The position numbers and the translations under genes were made by a program. Shown piece after piece: positions 1 through 12,991 of a stretch of 64,000 bases of DNA. The number at the start of each line of letters is the position of its first letter. The stretch's first letter is position 1. The DNA comes from Rhynchopus sp. YZ270_cl-10. Lineage: Eukaryota. Under the pieces are notes generated by a model. The model saw nothing but the letters and a program-made list of their open reading frames with translations, was not told the origin of the DNA and ran no database searches. The stretch lies in contig OZ037845.1 in NCBI GenBank assembly GCA_964035575.1, positions 372,001-436,000 of the forward strand, written 5' to 3'.

Positions 1-124
1 CCATTTTCTTGTTTTCTTCCACAGATCGTTCTTTTTTTAGACCTCTCAAAAACAATTGAAACGGTACTCAAAATACCTAAATGCATCTGTTTTGCGATAG
101 CTTTTTTTCAAAAAGACACCCCTC

Positions 125-1613
125 TTAGAACCTGCTGATATCCCTTCCGAAGAGCCAGCCTTTGAACCAGTACATCTGTGGATTTTTTTTGAAAAGAATT
201 TTTTGTAAAAAAGCATACCGGAATCAAAATCTTGTTGACAAGCGAGACCTGCTTCCCCCAGTACGCAGTCCGCCACAAGAAGAACGCGGCAGGGCCTGTC
301 ACGGAGCCGATGTTCGTTTCGTCCCCTGCACGCCCAATGTGCGAGAAGTCTGCTACTGCACGCCATCCTCCGAGCATGGCCATGCTTCCCAGCGAGAGGT
401 AGGAGAAGGGTGGTGGGTCGATGGTGCCTTTGCCAAATTGAGGGCCTTCACCGGGTTTGGCACGGTTGAAGACTTTTGCGAGGTATTTTGCCTCTTGCAG
501 TGCAGCTTGGGCGATCGGCGGCAACGGCTGCGAATCGATCACCGCACAATCCCCGAAGGCAAACACATTCTCTTGTCCACGCACCTTCAAATGCAGATCC
601 GTGATGATCCTTCCTGTTGGCCCCTTTTCAAAGTCTAATCCATTTACGAATTTGATTGGCTGCAGTCCTGCTGACCACACCATCAGACCAAACGGCAAAA
701 ACGAGCCATCCGAGAGCAACGCATTGTTTCCTTCAACCGCGGTTACGGAGACCCCGGTTTTGACGTTGATGGAACGGTTGTCGAAGCGTTTGAGGACGTA
801 GGCGGATAGGCTTTTGTCGAAGGAGGATAAGATGCTTGGTCCTGCCTCCACCAAGGTAACAGAGGTGAGGGTTTTGAGATCTGGGTACCACCGTGCACAG
901 TCTTCAACGATGAAGTCGTAGAGCTCCCCAACGAATTCGCATGAGGTGGGACCACCACCAACCACCATGAAGGAGAGAAGCTGCCTTTGTTCTGCTTCGC
1001 TAACAGAAGGAATCGCGGCACGTTCAAAACACTCCAGAATCTTCTGACGAACCTGCCTCGCATGGTAGAGGTGCTTAAGAAAGCAGACATCGGTTCCTTC
1101 CCTTTCCATCACCCCAGGGGTATCAAATGTGCTAGTTTTCGATCCGCAGGTCACAACCAGGTAGTCATAAGGTACACGAAACTCCTCATGCTTAAAGATG
1201 TCTTTGCAAACAACCTCCCCAGTCGCTGCTAGCGAGGCAGCGTTTTGGGATGACAAGGAGACCGCTTTCCCTTGGTAGTATTTGAGGTTAGGGATGGTGC
1301 GGACCGGCTCTTGAATGGCACGGAACTCAAGCGTCCCCACCGCGCAAGAAGGAAGCAACGGTGTGAAGAGGAAATGGTTTGCCGGGGAAATGCAGCTCAC
1401 ATCATACCTCGTAGTGTCGATGCTCCGCAAAAAGTTGAACCCACCCCAACCAGAGCCAAGCACAACAATACGTTTTTTATCACTAAAAAGGGGCTGGATA
1501 TCGGCAGGTTTGAGGGACGGCAGGTCCACACCTGCCTTTGCGACGATAGAGTCAGAAGAAGAAGATGCGTATCGCAGTCCACATTTCAGAGGGGATCCCC
1601 GTATGTGCAGCAT
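125..1613 (-). CDS. NDH2: Type II (alternative, rotenone-insensitive) NADH:ubiquinone oxidoreductase, mitochondrial; 2 exons (1613-219, 175-125)
   Basis: Motifs IVVLGSGWGG, FLFTPLLPS, YDYLVVTCGS, VVGGGPTSCEF and VFAFGDCA. Removing a 43-nt GTATGC...CACAG intron (218-176) gives the canonical C-terminus MYWFKGWLFGRDISRF*. ATG at 1613 starts a presequence-like N-terminus (MLHIRGSPLKCGLRYAS). Confidence 0.93.
176..218 (-). other. 43-nt GT-AG spliceosomal intron in NDH2
   Basis: Minus strand reads CCG|GTATGC...CACAG|ATG; splicing restores the conserved NDH2 tail. Confidence 0.88.
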
Positions 1614-2267
1614 GGTTAGGGTGGGGGTGTATATAGGTGTCTGGAGTGTGGAGTGTGGAAGAAATATTGAATGAGAATTTTTGAGAAGTGCAAGCACCTC
1701 CCGAACGGACTCAAAGGCACACCATTTTCCATGGAGAGTAAGCTAGCAGTAAGCTAAGGTTTTCGGGTTTGCGGGTTTGCGAGTTTGGCGGTATTGGGCC
1801 TTTGTTTGGCGGAAGTTGCTACCGGTCCAAAATCAGGTGAAAGGTTGTGCCAAGGTAATAACACTCAAAGAGGAGTGGGGGGAAATGAAACATTTTTATT
1901 TGTAACGACAATTTTCACCCACCGATGACTAGGGGTGGTGGGATCATATTTGTACACACACAAAAAAAAAACTTCCCTGAAAAGGCAGGAATGTGTTTTC
2001 CTTGTATTATGAAATAGCACGAACTCAACTCTTGAAAAGTAGTATTTTTTTTTTCTTCCCTTCGTTTTTCAGGGGATTTTTTCAGGGATTCCTCGCAAAA
2101 AAAACTCCCCTAAAAAAAATTGGGGTAGGTTTTCGAGAAAACATAACTCTGTTTTATTCTGACATCGACAAATTATGGCAAAAAATAGGTTGTATACTAT
2201 TATAATTGTCACCTTTTAAGGTTAATGATGCGTTTTTGCTTTAAAAAAATAACAGAGGTGGCAAATA

Positions 2268-2663
2268 CCGTAATTGTAAAAATATTGGGACGTAAAAAAG
2301 TTGAAACGTAAAAATGTTGGGCCGTAAAAATGTTGGGACAGCTGGGCGAAAAATTCCCGTCCCAACATTTTTACGGCCCAACATATTTACGTTCGGGAAT
2401 TTTTACGTAGATTTTGTTAGGGAAGATTTGTCTTAGCTAGCAAAAAAAAAAATTTTTTTTTTTTCGATTACCTAGCGAGTAGGCGGGTTGAACGTCACTG
2501 GCACGTGTCAAAGTTTTCAAGAGGGCGTGGGAAAAAAACGCTAAGACAAATAGGCTCAAGCCGAAATAGCCCAAAAAATGTTGGGCCGTAAAAATGTTGG
2601 GACGAGCGAGCCTTTTTTGGGCTGTCCCAACATTTTTACGGCCCAACATTTTTACAATTACGG
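2268..2663. mobile_element. MITE with TA target duplication (Tc1/mariner-pogo type)
   Basis: TA|CCGTAATTGTAAAAAT...ATTTTTACAATTACGG|TA, with internal direct and inverted copies of CGTAAAAATGTTGGG. Confidence 0.8.
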
Positions 2664-2678
2664 TAAGACAAAACTTGA

Positions 2679-2712
2679 AAGATGAATGTGCCTCTCGTGC
2701 ACACACATCTAG
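2679..2712 (+). repeat. Dispersed hairpin micro-repeat family B (AAGATGAATGTGCCTCTCGTGCACACACATCT); representative copy
   Basis: Related copies at ~6312, 11025, 16153 and 49358, in + orientation. Confidence 0.8.
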
Positions 2713-2957
2713 ACAAAATAAGAAGGGGAAAAGAGTAGTTGAAACGTGCTAAAACGCAGCTCGGTCGAGAATAAAAGAGAGAGAAAAAAATAACGTGTAG
2801 ACACCTCGAAGTGGTTGAACGCACGTGGCAAATAGATACGTTGGTAAGATGATTCTAAGCAGTGCTCATATCACCTTTTATCAATCTGGGAACTCATCTG
2901 CGTATTTAGTGGAATAAACCCTGCCATTTTTTATGTCCCCAAAAGAAAAAATGAGTT

Positions 2958-2995
2958 TATAAGATGACCCTAAGCCTCTCGAGCTTAGTCACCTT
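2958..2995 (+). repeat. Dispersed hairpin micro-repeat family A (TATAAGATGACCCTAAGCCTCTCGTGCTTAGTCACCTT consensus); representative copy
   Basis: Related copies at ~10564, 11133, 16519, 17207, 22230, 23689, 47155, 49308, 58124 and 61378, all in + orientation. Confidence 0.8.
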
Positions 2996-3477
2996 TTGAT
3001 CACATTCGTTATCGCGCAGCATCAGCTGCATGGGTTTTCCACAAAGTTGTTTGTCTGTCGGAAGAGGGGATGATTTAGTATCCAAAAGCGAATGGACGCG
3101 AAAAAAGCGCAAAAGAAAAAGAAAAAAGAAAAGAGATAAAGCGCCACGGAATGCGTACAGCGACAAGATATGGGCAAAGGATAATAGAAAACTTGATTAT
3201 TTTTTACACATCGGTGCAAAAAAAAAAACTGGGGGAATGGAAATCATGACCAATAGAAAGCAACTTTTTAGAAATGAAAGAATGGTGTCACTTGTGCCTG
3301 ACATCCACCTTTAGAATTTTTTTCTCAATATTAGTACAGAATTCCAAAATGATTTTTGAATCAGTTTTGGGAGCAGTTTTGTTTTTTGGCGAGGGTTATC
3401 GGACCGAAGGGGGTGGTAGGGGGGGGAGTTGAGCTTTTAAAAATTTCAATCTTTTTTTTTTTCATACACATACAAAA

Positions 3478-4349
3478 CAGGGCACTAGCTTGGTTTTGGG
3501 GAAAATTCCAGAAGTGGGTCGCTTTCCATGAAAGTGGGTCAGCGAGTTTTTTACTACAGAAGATGGTTTAGCGGCGTTCTACGAGCTATTTTCTCCAATC
3601 CCAGCTTGTGGTGGGGGATATTCGCGAAAATGGCCAAAATTCGGTCAAAATTCGGTCAGTGTTGCAGTAATCCTCCGAAATGTGCTGTTTGCCCGCCTCC
3701 CTTTGTGGTCTCTCGGAAAACTACCACTGGTATCTGTATGAGTTTCAGAGCTTTCTTCCTCGAGGCAGACTTAAAGAAACTGAACCCTTGGTTCATGCAC
3801 CGCCTCACCGCCGTGTAGTCACGGTGTTTCGGACAGTGTTATTTTGCACGAACGGTCTCATCCAGGGTTTTTTTTGCGGAGCAAAAATAGTAATATAATA
3901 TGGCGCCGCAGGCGAAAAAAAATAGGGTGCAGTGTAAAAATCTAGTTTTTTACACCACAGAGTCACTCAACGAACCCTTTTTTGCGGTGCAAAAAAGGAA
4001 AAATGGCGCCGCAGGCAAAAAAAAAAATAAGGTACAGCCTCCCGGGTCCTCCTCTAGACCCTTCCCACGTGCAAAACCCTACAGAATTCTCAGATTTTTG
4101 GTGGGATGATGGCAGGATGATGGTTTTTGGTCGGGGGGGAAAGCCATTTTCCGTGGGATGATGGATGATGGTTAGCGTCAGGCCTGAACAGGCTCGGGGG
4201 GAGTTCCCTGTAGTCGAGCTCCCAAAAATTTTTTTTCTAAAATCCAAAATCCAATTTTTTTTTTTTTTTTTCCGGCTGACCCACTTTTTTTTTTTAAAGT
4301 ACAGGAAGTGGGTCAGCTGACCCGCTGACCCAGCCAAGCTAGTCCCCTG
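3478..4349. mobile_element. Non-autonomous hAT element, copy 1 (872 bp)
   Basis: TIR CAGGGCACTAGCTTGG / CCAAGCTAGTCCCCTG; perfect 8-bp TSD ATACAAAA (3470-3477, 4350-4357); near-identical to 6538-7408. Confidence 0.93.
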
Positions 4350-4952
4350 ATACAAAAGCGAAGCTTTGATGCTCCGGCTGACCTACGTACGATGCCAGCA
4401 GCCCCGGATGAAGCACAAACAAAAAATAAAAACCAGCGTCCAAAACAATCCAACGGCATATTCAAAAAAAAATTAAAAAAAAATTAAAAAAAAAAAAAAA
4501 AGTATTTTCATCATATGCAATCAATAAATTGATAAAAAAAAAAAAAAAAAAAAAAAAAAAACGGTCTTCAAAAAAACTCTCAGACGCAATATGACTTCCA
4601 GAGCAATCCCCATTTTCGAAAAGTGGGGGAAACCCCCTAGAGAAATATCGGACTGGGAGGGGGTCGGACCATTATTTTTTCCTTCTTCTTCTGCTCGCTG
4701 ACGGGCGGACAATAAAAAGGGGGAAGAGTCAAACGAGCACAACAATAAAATTCATATCCCCGCATAGCAATAACTAGTCTACGAGGATTGCTTTCAATTT
4801 AGAATTCTGGACAGCATTTGAGGGGGGTGCGTCTCCTGCAGTAAATTCTCCTGAAAACTTTTTAATGGTATAGACAACAAAAGGTGTTGCCAGTTTTCAA
4901 TGAGAGTTGCTATTTTTGCAGGGAAGGGTACTCTCCTAAAAAAAGAGAAGTT

Positions 4953-5000
4953 GGAAGTGCAAACGCCTCACCGTTTCATCAGCGGACGCACGACACTGAG
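4953..5000 (+). repeat. Dispersed micro-repeat family D (GAAAGTGCAAACGCCTCACCGTTCATCGGCGGACGCAGGCACTG consensus); representative copy
   Basis: Related copies at ~5643, 11668, 14885, 29771, 49042, 57495 and 61952, in + orientation. Confidence 0.75.
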
Positions 5001-6537
5001 AACAAAAAAGAGTAGAAAAAATGAAATCAAACCAGCCCTGCTTTGTGAGCAAATACCATGGAGTAAAAATAATGCAAAAATGGTGTTCCCGAAAGGGCCC
5101 ATATTGACAGGTCCTTGACATGTCCTCGACAGGTGTTCGGTAACACCAAAAAATTTAAAAAAAAAAAATTTAGGTGAAATGACGCATCCAAGGCACCTCC
5201 ACATGGGGGTGACAAACAAAGGGGGAGGGGGGAGGGTCACTTTCACACAATATTATATCCGTATACAAACAACAAACGACAACAAATCATTAAAATAGGC
5301 ACCCAAACTCTCGCGAAATGTGTTTTCAGCAAAATAAAACTTAGAGACGTTTTGTTAAACAATGACCCTAAGTCTGCGTAAGTCAACAGCACAATACAAA
5401 AAAAAAATACCTCTATATTGTATCTCACGTACTCAAAAAAGGTGAGTATTGACAGAAAAAATAGGGGGACAATTTAAACAGATAGTACACGCATGAAGTG
5501 TGGTAGATACTCAGACATCTCTTCGGCACTTTGTGTGTCCAAAGGGGGCGTCAAAGACCTTCGCATTGCGAACTGAAGCGGGAGGTAGGCTCTAGTCTTT
5601 TGATAGGCCTGCAACCGCTTAACATAAGTGTCAAAAAAACAGAGTGCAAATGCTTCACCGGCGGACGCAAGGCACTGAGAACAAAAAAAACAAACAAACA
5701 AACGCCAAACCACAAGAGGAATACAACCCCCAGGAGAGAGAGAGAAAACAGACGCCAATGAGACCCGGAGTCTCTATTCTTTTCTTGTATGCTACAGACG
5801 GAACATGACAACGCTAGCCACGACTGCCTAGGGCAGGGCGGTGTCCCAAACGGTTCCTCATACAGATAAAGAAAACTAATTAAATGACAAAGAAAGAGAG
5901 AATACTAGTACAAAAAGAGAAAAAAAAATACACCCCTCTGGAGTCTGTACACGCAGCCTCTCCGTCTGGGGTTATCAAAACTGCAGCAATCAAATATAAA
6001 CAAAAGATTGATTCGGCACTTGTCACATTTTTTTTTTGACTAAGCTCCATCAAGAATATAAAGAAAAATCGCATTTTAAGACAGAACACCAGAACTTCTA
6101 TCAAAAAGCGGAGAGACAGAGAGAGAGAGAGAGAAATATGTGGGTCAGACAAAAGGAGTGTCAAAGTGTCAATTGAAAGAAAAAGAGAGAGAGGGAACGG
6201 AAGACATTTAAAGAACCAGAAAAAAGCTTGGAAGTGATAAAACGTGCCTTCATAGAGAGAAACGTTGGTCTTTATTGAAAGAGACAACTAAGGATAGATA
6301 AAAGAAAAGTTGATGAATACACCTCACGTGCATACACATCTGAGATCAAGCTCCCAAGCCATCTTCTCTGTTTTTTTGTTTTTATTTTTTCCACAAAATT
6401 CCGCAGAATTTTTATTTGGTGCAAGATTCGACCCTTTTCTATGAGCAACAATTTCATGTGAGAATGGCATCACAGAATCTTAGAAAAAAGGAGGACAAAT
6501 TACTATTTTTTTTCTAACAATCGCCTCAGAACCGTTC

Positions 6538-7408
6538 CAGGGCACTAGCTTGGTTTTGGGGAAAATTCCAGAAGTGGGTCGCTTTCCATGAAAGTGGGTC
6601 AGCGAGTTTTTTACTACAGAAGATGGTTTAGCGGCGTTCTACGAGCTATTTTCTCCAATCCCAGCTTGTGGTGGGGGATATTCGCGAAAATGGCCAAAAT
6701 TCGGTCAAAATTCGGTCAGTGTTGCAGTAATCCTCCGAAATGTGCTGTTTGCCCGCCTCCCTTTGTGGTCTCTCGGAAAACTACCACTGGTATCTGTATG
6801 AGTTTCAGAGCTTTCTTCCTCGAGGCAGACTTAAAGAAACTGAACCCTTGGTTCATGCACCGCCTCACCGCCGTGTAGTCACGGTGTTTCGGACAGTGTT
6901 ATTTTGCACGAACGGTCTCATCCAGGGTTTTTTTTGCGGAGCAAAAATAGTAATATAATATGGCGCCGCAGGCGAAAAAAAATAGGGTGCAGTGTAAAAA
7001 TCTAGTTTTTTACACCACAGAGTCACTCAACGAACCCTTTTTTGCGGTGCAAAAAAGGAAAAATGGCGCCGCAGGCAAAAAAAAAAATAAGGTACAGCCT
7101 CCCGGGTCCTCCTCTAGACCCTTCCCACGTGCAAAACCCTACAGAATTCTCAGATTTTTGGTGGGATGATGGCAGGATGATGGTTTTTGGTCGGGGGGGA
7201 AAGCCATTTTCCGTGGGATGATGGATGATGGTTAGCGTCAGGCCTGAACAGGCTCGGGGGGAGTTCCCTGTAGTCGAGCTCCCAAAAATTTTTTTTCTAA
7301 AATCCAAAATCCAATTTTTTTTTTTTTTTTCCGGCTGACCCACTTTTTTTTTTTAAAGTACAGGAAGTGGGTCAGCTGACCCGCTGACCCAGCCAAGCTA
7401 GTCCCCTG
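6538..7408. mobile_element. Non-autonomous hAT element, copy 2
   Basis: Same sequence as 3478-4349 apart from homopolymer length. TSD TCAGAACC at 6526-6533 and 7409-7416, with 4 extra bases (GTTC) at the left junction. Confidence 0.92.
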
Positions 7409-7443
7409 TCAGAACCCATTGGGGGCTAAAAAGCGTTTGTCCT

Positions 7444-7503
7444 CAATGTTGGCCGAAGCCTTTGTACTACAGAAGGTTTAAACGTCAGTCGTCCTGAACC
7501 CTT
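7444..7503 (+). repeat. Dispersed micro-repeat family F (CAATGTTGGCCGAAGCCTTTG..CTACAGAAGG...CGTCCTCAACCC); representative copy
   Basis: Related copies at ~10133 and 58716, in + orientation. Confidence 0.7.
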
Positions 7504-7963
7504 GATAGAGCAGATTTTATGAAAAATTTCTTCCCCGGGGGGGTCTTACATGAGTGCTTGGACACCCTGGTATTACTTACCCTTTACAAAGGTTTGCTTG
7601 TAGGTCACGGTTCTGAGACCATCCTTGTTTAGTAATCCAAGAAGAGGGAGAGGGGCAGTGATGCAGGAATCCAGGGTCCCAAACAAAAAAACCCAAAACC
7701 TCCAAAAAAACCCGCATAAAAACCCACCTTGCATCACTGGAGAGGGGGAGTCAAAAACACGCGGATAGGGTCACCTAACAAAGGCAAAAAAATAAGTAAG
7801 GCGATGCTTCTCAATACATAGGGCATATCTAGACAACGCGTTCATGGCTGTGAAAGTTGCAACACCATGACAAATGAGCAAGAAACGGTTTTCAAGCCAG
7901 CAAAGTATCTAAAATCAACTGGCATTGAGGAACAAAAGGAGACAGCAAAAGGACAAAATTAAA

Positions 7964-8011
<48 letters not shown>

Positions 8012-9405
8012 GTTTTAACCAGGAGAATGAAACACGAAGGAGTTTGTATATTTTTCCGCACTTCAGATAAAGAAGGAGACAAAAGCAATACGGCGCTGTA
8101 AGGCGTGTGGAAGAGAGGAGAAGAAAGAAAGCTGGTAAGATGGGGTTAAGCGTCGCTTAGCCAAGTAGTTATGATACTAGAGTGTGATCGGTCAGAGACT
8201 AACCTAGACCTCCGCGCTTAGTCACCTCGGGAGGAAAAAAAAGGTTGATATTATGATTGCATACGGCATCTAAAAAGAAAGATTTTTTTGTTTTTTTTTT
8301 ATGTTCGCTATCGTTTGTTGTGTACGGAAACTATTTTTTTTGCTGGTTGAGTAATAGACAGGAACGTGCCCTGCTACTGCCTTAAAAGGGGGGGTGTTTT
8401 GTGTTAGTTTAGTGTTTGAAAAGTTTTAACGTACGGATACTAAAAGAAAAGAGGAAAAAATTCGGATGAAAGGAGCCTATTTAAGAATGAATTTGTTTTA
8501 TTTATTTATTTTGCTATTTATTTCTACAAAGTACTGGGGTATTATGTTGTTGTATTGCATCTGGGTTTATAACCCCCCTCCCCTTTCGGCCTTTGTACAC
8601 ACATCCTGCACACACATACACTCCTGCCAAATTTCTTTGTGGACAAGGGTGACATTTGCTGCCTTCCCTAACATTGTTTTGTCATAATAAAAACTTGACT
8701 TGAAATACAAAGCCCTCATGGCACAATGACCGGCTGTACCGGGGGTGGGCACCCATGCAGTCCTACAATCCATTGCGTGGTTTACATCTGATATAAATAT
8801 AAGCTTCAATAAGGTTGTGGGGAGGGTCTTTGGACACAGCCCCCCCTCCCCCCCATACCCGCTCCCGTCCATTCAGATGCGGAGCAGGTGGGAAGGAGAC
8901 GTTGCTGTTCCATACTCTGGGTTCTGCTGGGGCTAAAGTTGTGGGAGGGGGTTAGAGTCATAAGTAAAAGAAATAAATTTCTTTTTATTTAAAACAAAAG
9001 TGCACCCGCATCCAAAAAAACAGGGGATGTCTGGGGACAAAAAGCAAGCTTCTGTATCGGGGATAGGGTGGGAGTGGTTTTTTTTTACGCCAACAGTCAG
9101 GAAGAAAGTAGAGTTGAAAATGCAAAGCCCTCTCGTGACAGTGTCACCTACCTGACGAAAAAAGGGGGGTGAGGAAACCTTTGGAAAGAACGAAAATAAA
9201 TCAATGCAATGTGCAAAACGCCTCTGTGGACGCCGACCACATGGACCTCCACTTGGCTATGGCAAAATGGAATCCTAAGAAAACCTCATTAATGTGTCGG
9301 GGAGAGAATGAAGCCTGCAAGGAAACATTTTTTTTTTGACTGGGGGGGAGCGCGGGCAGTGTTTAGTTTAGCACAGCACCCCAAAAGTTTAGTACAGGTT
9401 TAACA

Positions 9406-9513
9406 CCGTAACTGTAAATATAATGGTAGAACCGTAATAATGTTGGAACAAGCGAGCCTTTTTTTTTGGGCTGTTCCAACATTTTTTACGGGACAACATA
9501 TTTACAGTTACGG
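9406..9513. mobile_element. Short relative of the 2268-2663 MITE
   Basis: CCGTAACTGTAAATAT...ATATTTACAGTTACGG|TA; the internal ATGTTGG..CAAGCGAGCCTTTTTTGGGCTGT.CCAACATTTTTTACGG segment is shared with 2593-2641. Confidence 0.7.
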
Positions 9514-10720
9514 TACCTGTTTCAAACACCCTTGTATTAAACCTGCCAACCCTAGGTGCAGGGGAAGAGGTGTCAGGGTGCGTTGACGAGCGTGGGTTTA
9601 CATTGCTTCAGGAGGCATTTCGCCCGTTTGATGAAATGGGATTTATAAAAAGAAAAGAAAACCATAGATGAACAAAACAAAACAAAAAACAAGTGTTTTT
9701 TTTTTTTAGAAATGAAATTATAATGGGTTGGTATTCGTAATAGCATGAAAGGGGGTTTTATGTACGACTCAAGTTTAAAATGCATTTTTTTGTGTATTTA
9801 GGAGAAATGGTGGTGGGTGATGCTTTTGAATCAAAACAAAATAAAAATTGAAGTTGTTGATGCACCTCCGACTGACTCACGATGCCAATCCTAGATGAAG
9901 GCACAAAAAGAAAAAAGTTGAGAGTTCAAAAAATGCTTACATACACGTTCTATTATATTGAATAGAAAGTACAATAGGGTGCACTAAATGTACTCAAACC
10001 TTTTTTTAAAGTTGTTTTGTTTCCGATAAAAATGACAAAAAAAAAAATCAGTTTTACCACCACCTGAAGTTGCAATGATAACATTTGTTGTATTGCCAAT
10101 CACTTCACACCTATTGGTGTAACAATCTGTTCGATGTCGGCCGCATGAAAGCCTTTTGCACTACGGAAGGTACAGACGCATATCGTCCTCAACGCTCCCT
10201 CTTACTGCAAGACAGACCTATAGAAATTGTCAACTATTCTTTGGTTCAATGTGCCAACTTCCTATTTAGCCCAACAACTCCATTTTCTTGGAGCCTTCAT
10301 GGACCGTAGATTCTCCATTCCCTAAAAAGGAATGATAAAAAAAAAATTGCGCAAGAAGAAAAAAAGGGGGATAAGAGTGCTGAGCGCATTTTTTTTTTGG
10401 TGCTGAGCTAGTAAAAAAAATTGATGGGTATGTCGTGATCATCCACATCTTTTTCAATGCGTTTTATCTTTTTTTTTTTTTTTACAGATGGGGCTCATCC
10501 TCGGGTACACATAATACTCACTTTTTTCAATATTTTAGTTTTCAAAAAAAAGAAAAAAAAGAAAAGATGAACTCGAGCTTCGTTGTGCTTCGGTTACCTC
10601 ATAAATAGGGCAGAGCCTGCTGAATACGCCCATCTCTCAAAAAAAAATAACATCATTACTGATAGTGATTTCTATTGAAAGCAGTATCAAATGAGGTTGA
10701 AAAATGATTATTTTTAAGGT

Positions 10721-10861
10721 TGGTGCTCCTGAAAACCCCATTTTGCGTACTTGTTGCGTACTTGCTGCGCACTTTGTGCACGAAAAAAAAAAAAGAAATA
10801 CAGGAATACCCTATATTGCGTAGTTGTTGCGTACTTGGTATTTTTTATTTCAGGAGCACCA
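10721..10861. mobile_element. 141-bp TIR element with TG..CA ends and 5-bp TSD
   Basis: TIR TGGTGCTCCTGAAA / TTTCAGGAGCACCA; AAGGT on both sides (10716-10720, 10862-10866); internal TTGCGTACTTG repeats. Confidence 0.7.
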
Positions 10862-11186
10862 AAGGTGGGTTTTTTTTGTGGGAGAAAAATTCTTTACTTG
10901 AGGTGATTACATAAAAAGAAGCAGCCCAAAAATACATTTAGTACTTTGGGGTTTTCTTGCATTTTATGCTGTGATTTGGGTTTGGGAAGAAAGAAAGAAA
11001 AGCAAAACAAAGAGGAAAACTTGTAAGATGAATGTGCCTCTCTCGTGCACACTTTTTTTTTAAAGAAAATAGTTTTTTTCGGTATTCAGAGGAAGAAAGG
11101 GATGAAAGGGATGAAAAGAAAAAAGAAAAGTTTATAAGATGACCCGAAGCCTCTCGTGCTTAGTCATCTTAAAAATAAGAATAGTT

Positions 11187-11247
11187 ATTGATGCAGGCAC
11201 CTCCGACTGACCCACGTACGATGCCAGCCATCCGGATGAAAGCACAA
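11187..11247 (+). repeat. Dispersed micro-repeat family E (GATGCAGGCACCTCCGACTGACCCACGTACGATGCCAGCCATCCGGATGAAAGCACAA); representative copy
   Basis: Near-identical copy at 49628-49688; degenerate copies at ~4367, 9856 and 15325, in + orientation. Confidence 0.82.
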
Positions 11248-12319
11248 AGAAGAATAAGAGTGGGTGGGTGTGCTCACATCCACAATCATGATCAAATGCA
11301 TAGGGACAGGGCATTTCTCAACTGTACCCATACACAACGCGAGTCTGAGTCTGAGCTTTTTTTTTGCACCCTTTTTCGGGGTTTTGGCCCCCACCGCCCA
11401 GACCCGCAAAATTGAGGATAATGACGTCTTGTAGAAGGTGCATCTCCTGGACACACACATTTTGTTTTCATATACTAACTATTCTACTGAATAGAAGGTA
11501 TAATAGGGGGATATCTTTTGAAAAACATCTGTTGAAAGGAAACTTGAACGATGGATTGTCTCTCAGAGGTTGTATCCATCAACAAAAATACTAAACTAAA
11601 ACCAACCAGAAACATAACAAGAATGCAAAAAAAAAAAAAAATATATATATGAGGAAAAAGGTGAAGTTGAAAGTGCAAGCACCGGATGCAGGCACTGGAG
11701 AAAAAAAAAAAAAGAAGGGAGGGGCCAAATGTTCAGCACAAAAGCCCAGATTGAGTAAAAAAAACAATCAAAAGAATAAACTCGGTTGGTGTGGACGAGC
11801 CCAAAAAAAAATGTACACTTTTGTGGACGTCTATTAGGGAGAATAGCTGGTTTCAGCCACACCATGGCAGGGGGATATTTTTTTTTTCCGACGCGTTTCA
11901 CAGCGTATGAACATGCAAAAAGGGGTCTTGAAATACAAAAGAAGGGGTTTTTTTTTTAAAAAGTATAGAAATAGAAAGCTTGGGATGATGCTTGCCTCTC
12001 GTAATAACAGAGAAACAGGCATCTATAAATAAAAGGCAAATAATGGATGATACGAACACAGCGTTCCCTCAAAGAACGCAGTGCACCGATATGCTATTGG
12101 AAAAAAGAAAAAAAACACACTCACAAAAAGAGAAAAAGTCGCACAATCAAAACCATCGTTAAAAGAGTTTTTAATTTTTTGTGACAACAACTGTATACCA
12201 TTTTGGGTATGAAGAGAGATCATCCCCGCCATTTTTTTAAACACAGACTACACGCCCCAGAGAAGGGCTTGCCCTGATTGATCTCCCCCACCCGCGAATG
12301 CTGCCTGAGTAAAAAAACT

Positions 12320-12541
12320 TGTATCACTGTGTCCTGTCTGGGTATTCTGTTCTACCGCTACAACGTGAGGTCGATGCGCGAACGTGTGGACATGGCGCGC
12401 GGCGACAGGAAGAGCCTCCTGCAGGAGCTGCGCACTGTGGAGGAGCCGCACAGCTCAGAGGACACATACTGCGCTGCGACGCTGCAGGATGCGGTGAGCC
12501 ACACCACCTCTGGCTGTCTGCAAAACAGAGGCGCCCGCTAA
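12320..12541 (+). pseudogene. Isolated GC3-rich coding-like fragment of unknown protein
   Basis: Frame LFYRYNVRSMRERVDMARGDRKSLLQELRTVEE uses almost only C/G-ending codons within an AT-rich desert; no clear start; opposite to the local gene strand. Confidence 0.4.
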
Positions 12542-12991
12542 ACCCACATGCGTCGGTCTACTTCAGTACAGCCAGAAGATTCGCTACGCATTAGTGTAAG
12601 AGGAAATGCTTAAATAGAACGAATGAAAAACCCCCTTCAGGGAACGTTTCTTGCAGGCACTATTTTTTCTCTCCATCTCCGGGAGAGGGGTGGGGTGGGA
12701 AATATTAACAGTATGACATGAATCGTTCGATTTCATTTTTAAAGAATAGAAATCAATCAAATTAAACCGTATTTTTGTTTAGAGTTTTGTACTGTGAAAA
12801 ACGCACGAACATCGTCTGCCTGGCGGTGTTTTGTCAGGGCAGACATAGTTTTTTTTTTTTTTTAAATGGTTTGGGAAAATACTTTCACGAGGCCGGGAGT
12901 GAAGTAGACCGCTAAAGTATAGTCATCACACCCAACACTCAAGAAGCGTAGAACTCATAGGAAGAGGGTGAAAAAGAGTGTTTGAATTTAA

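Noticed and set aside
108..218. ORF-track C-terminus of NDH2 (VCFFTKNSFQKK...)
   Set aside because: It is read-through of a 43-nt intron; splicing gives the conserved tail.
2679..2715. Micro-repeats as single-hairpin AGA-box H/ACA RNAs or Helitron CTAG ends
   Set aside because: The AGA/CTAG seen in this copy is not kept in the other copies, and the hairpins are short.
3528..4109. Duplicated small ORFs (also at 6588-7169)
   Set aside because: They lie within a non-autonomous hAT element, have no transposase motifs and are homopolymer-driven.
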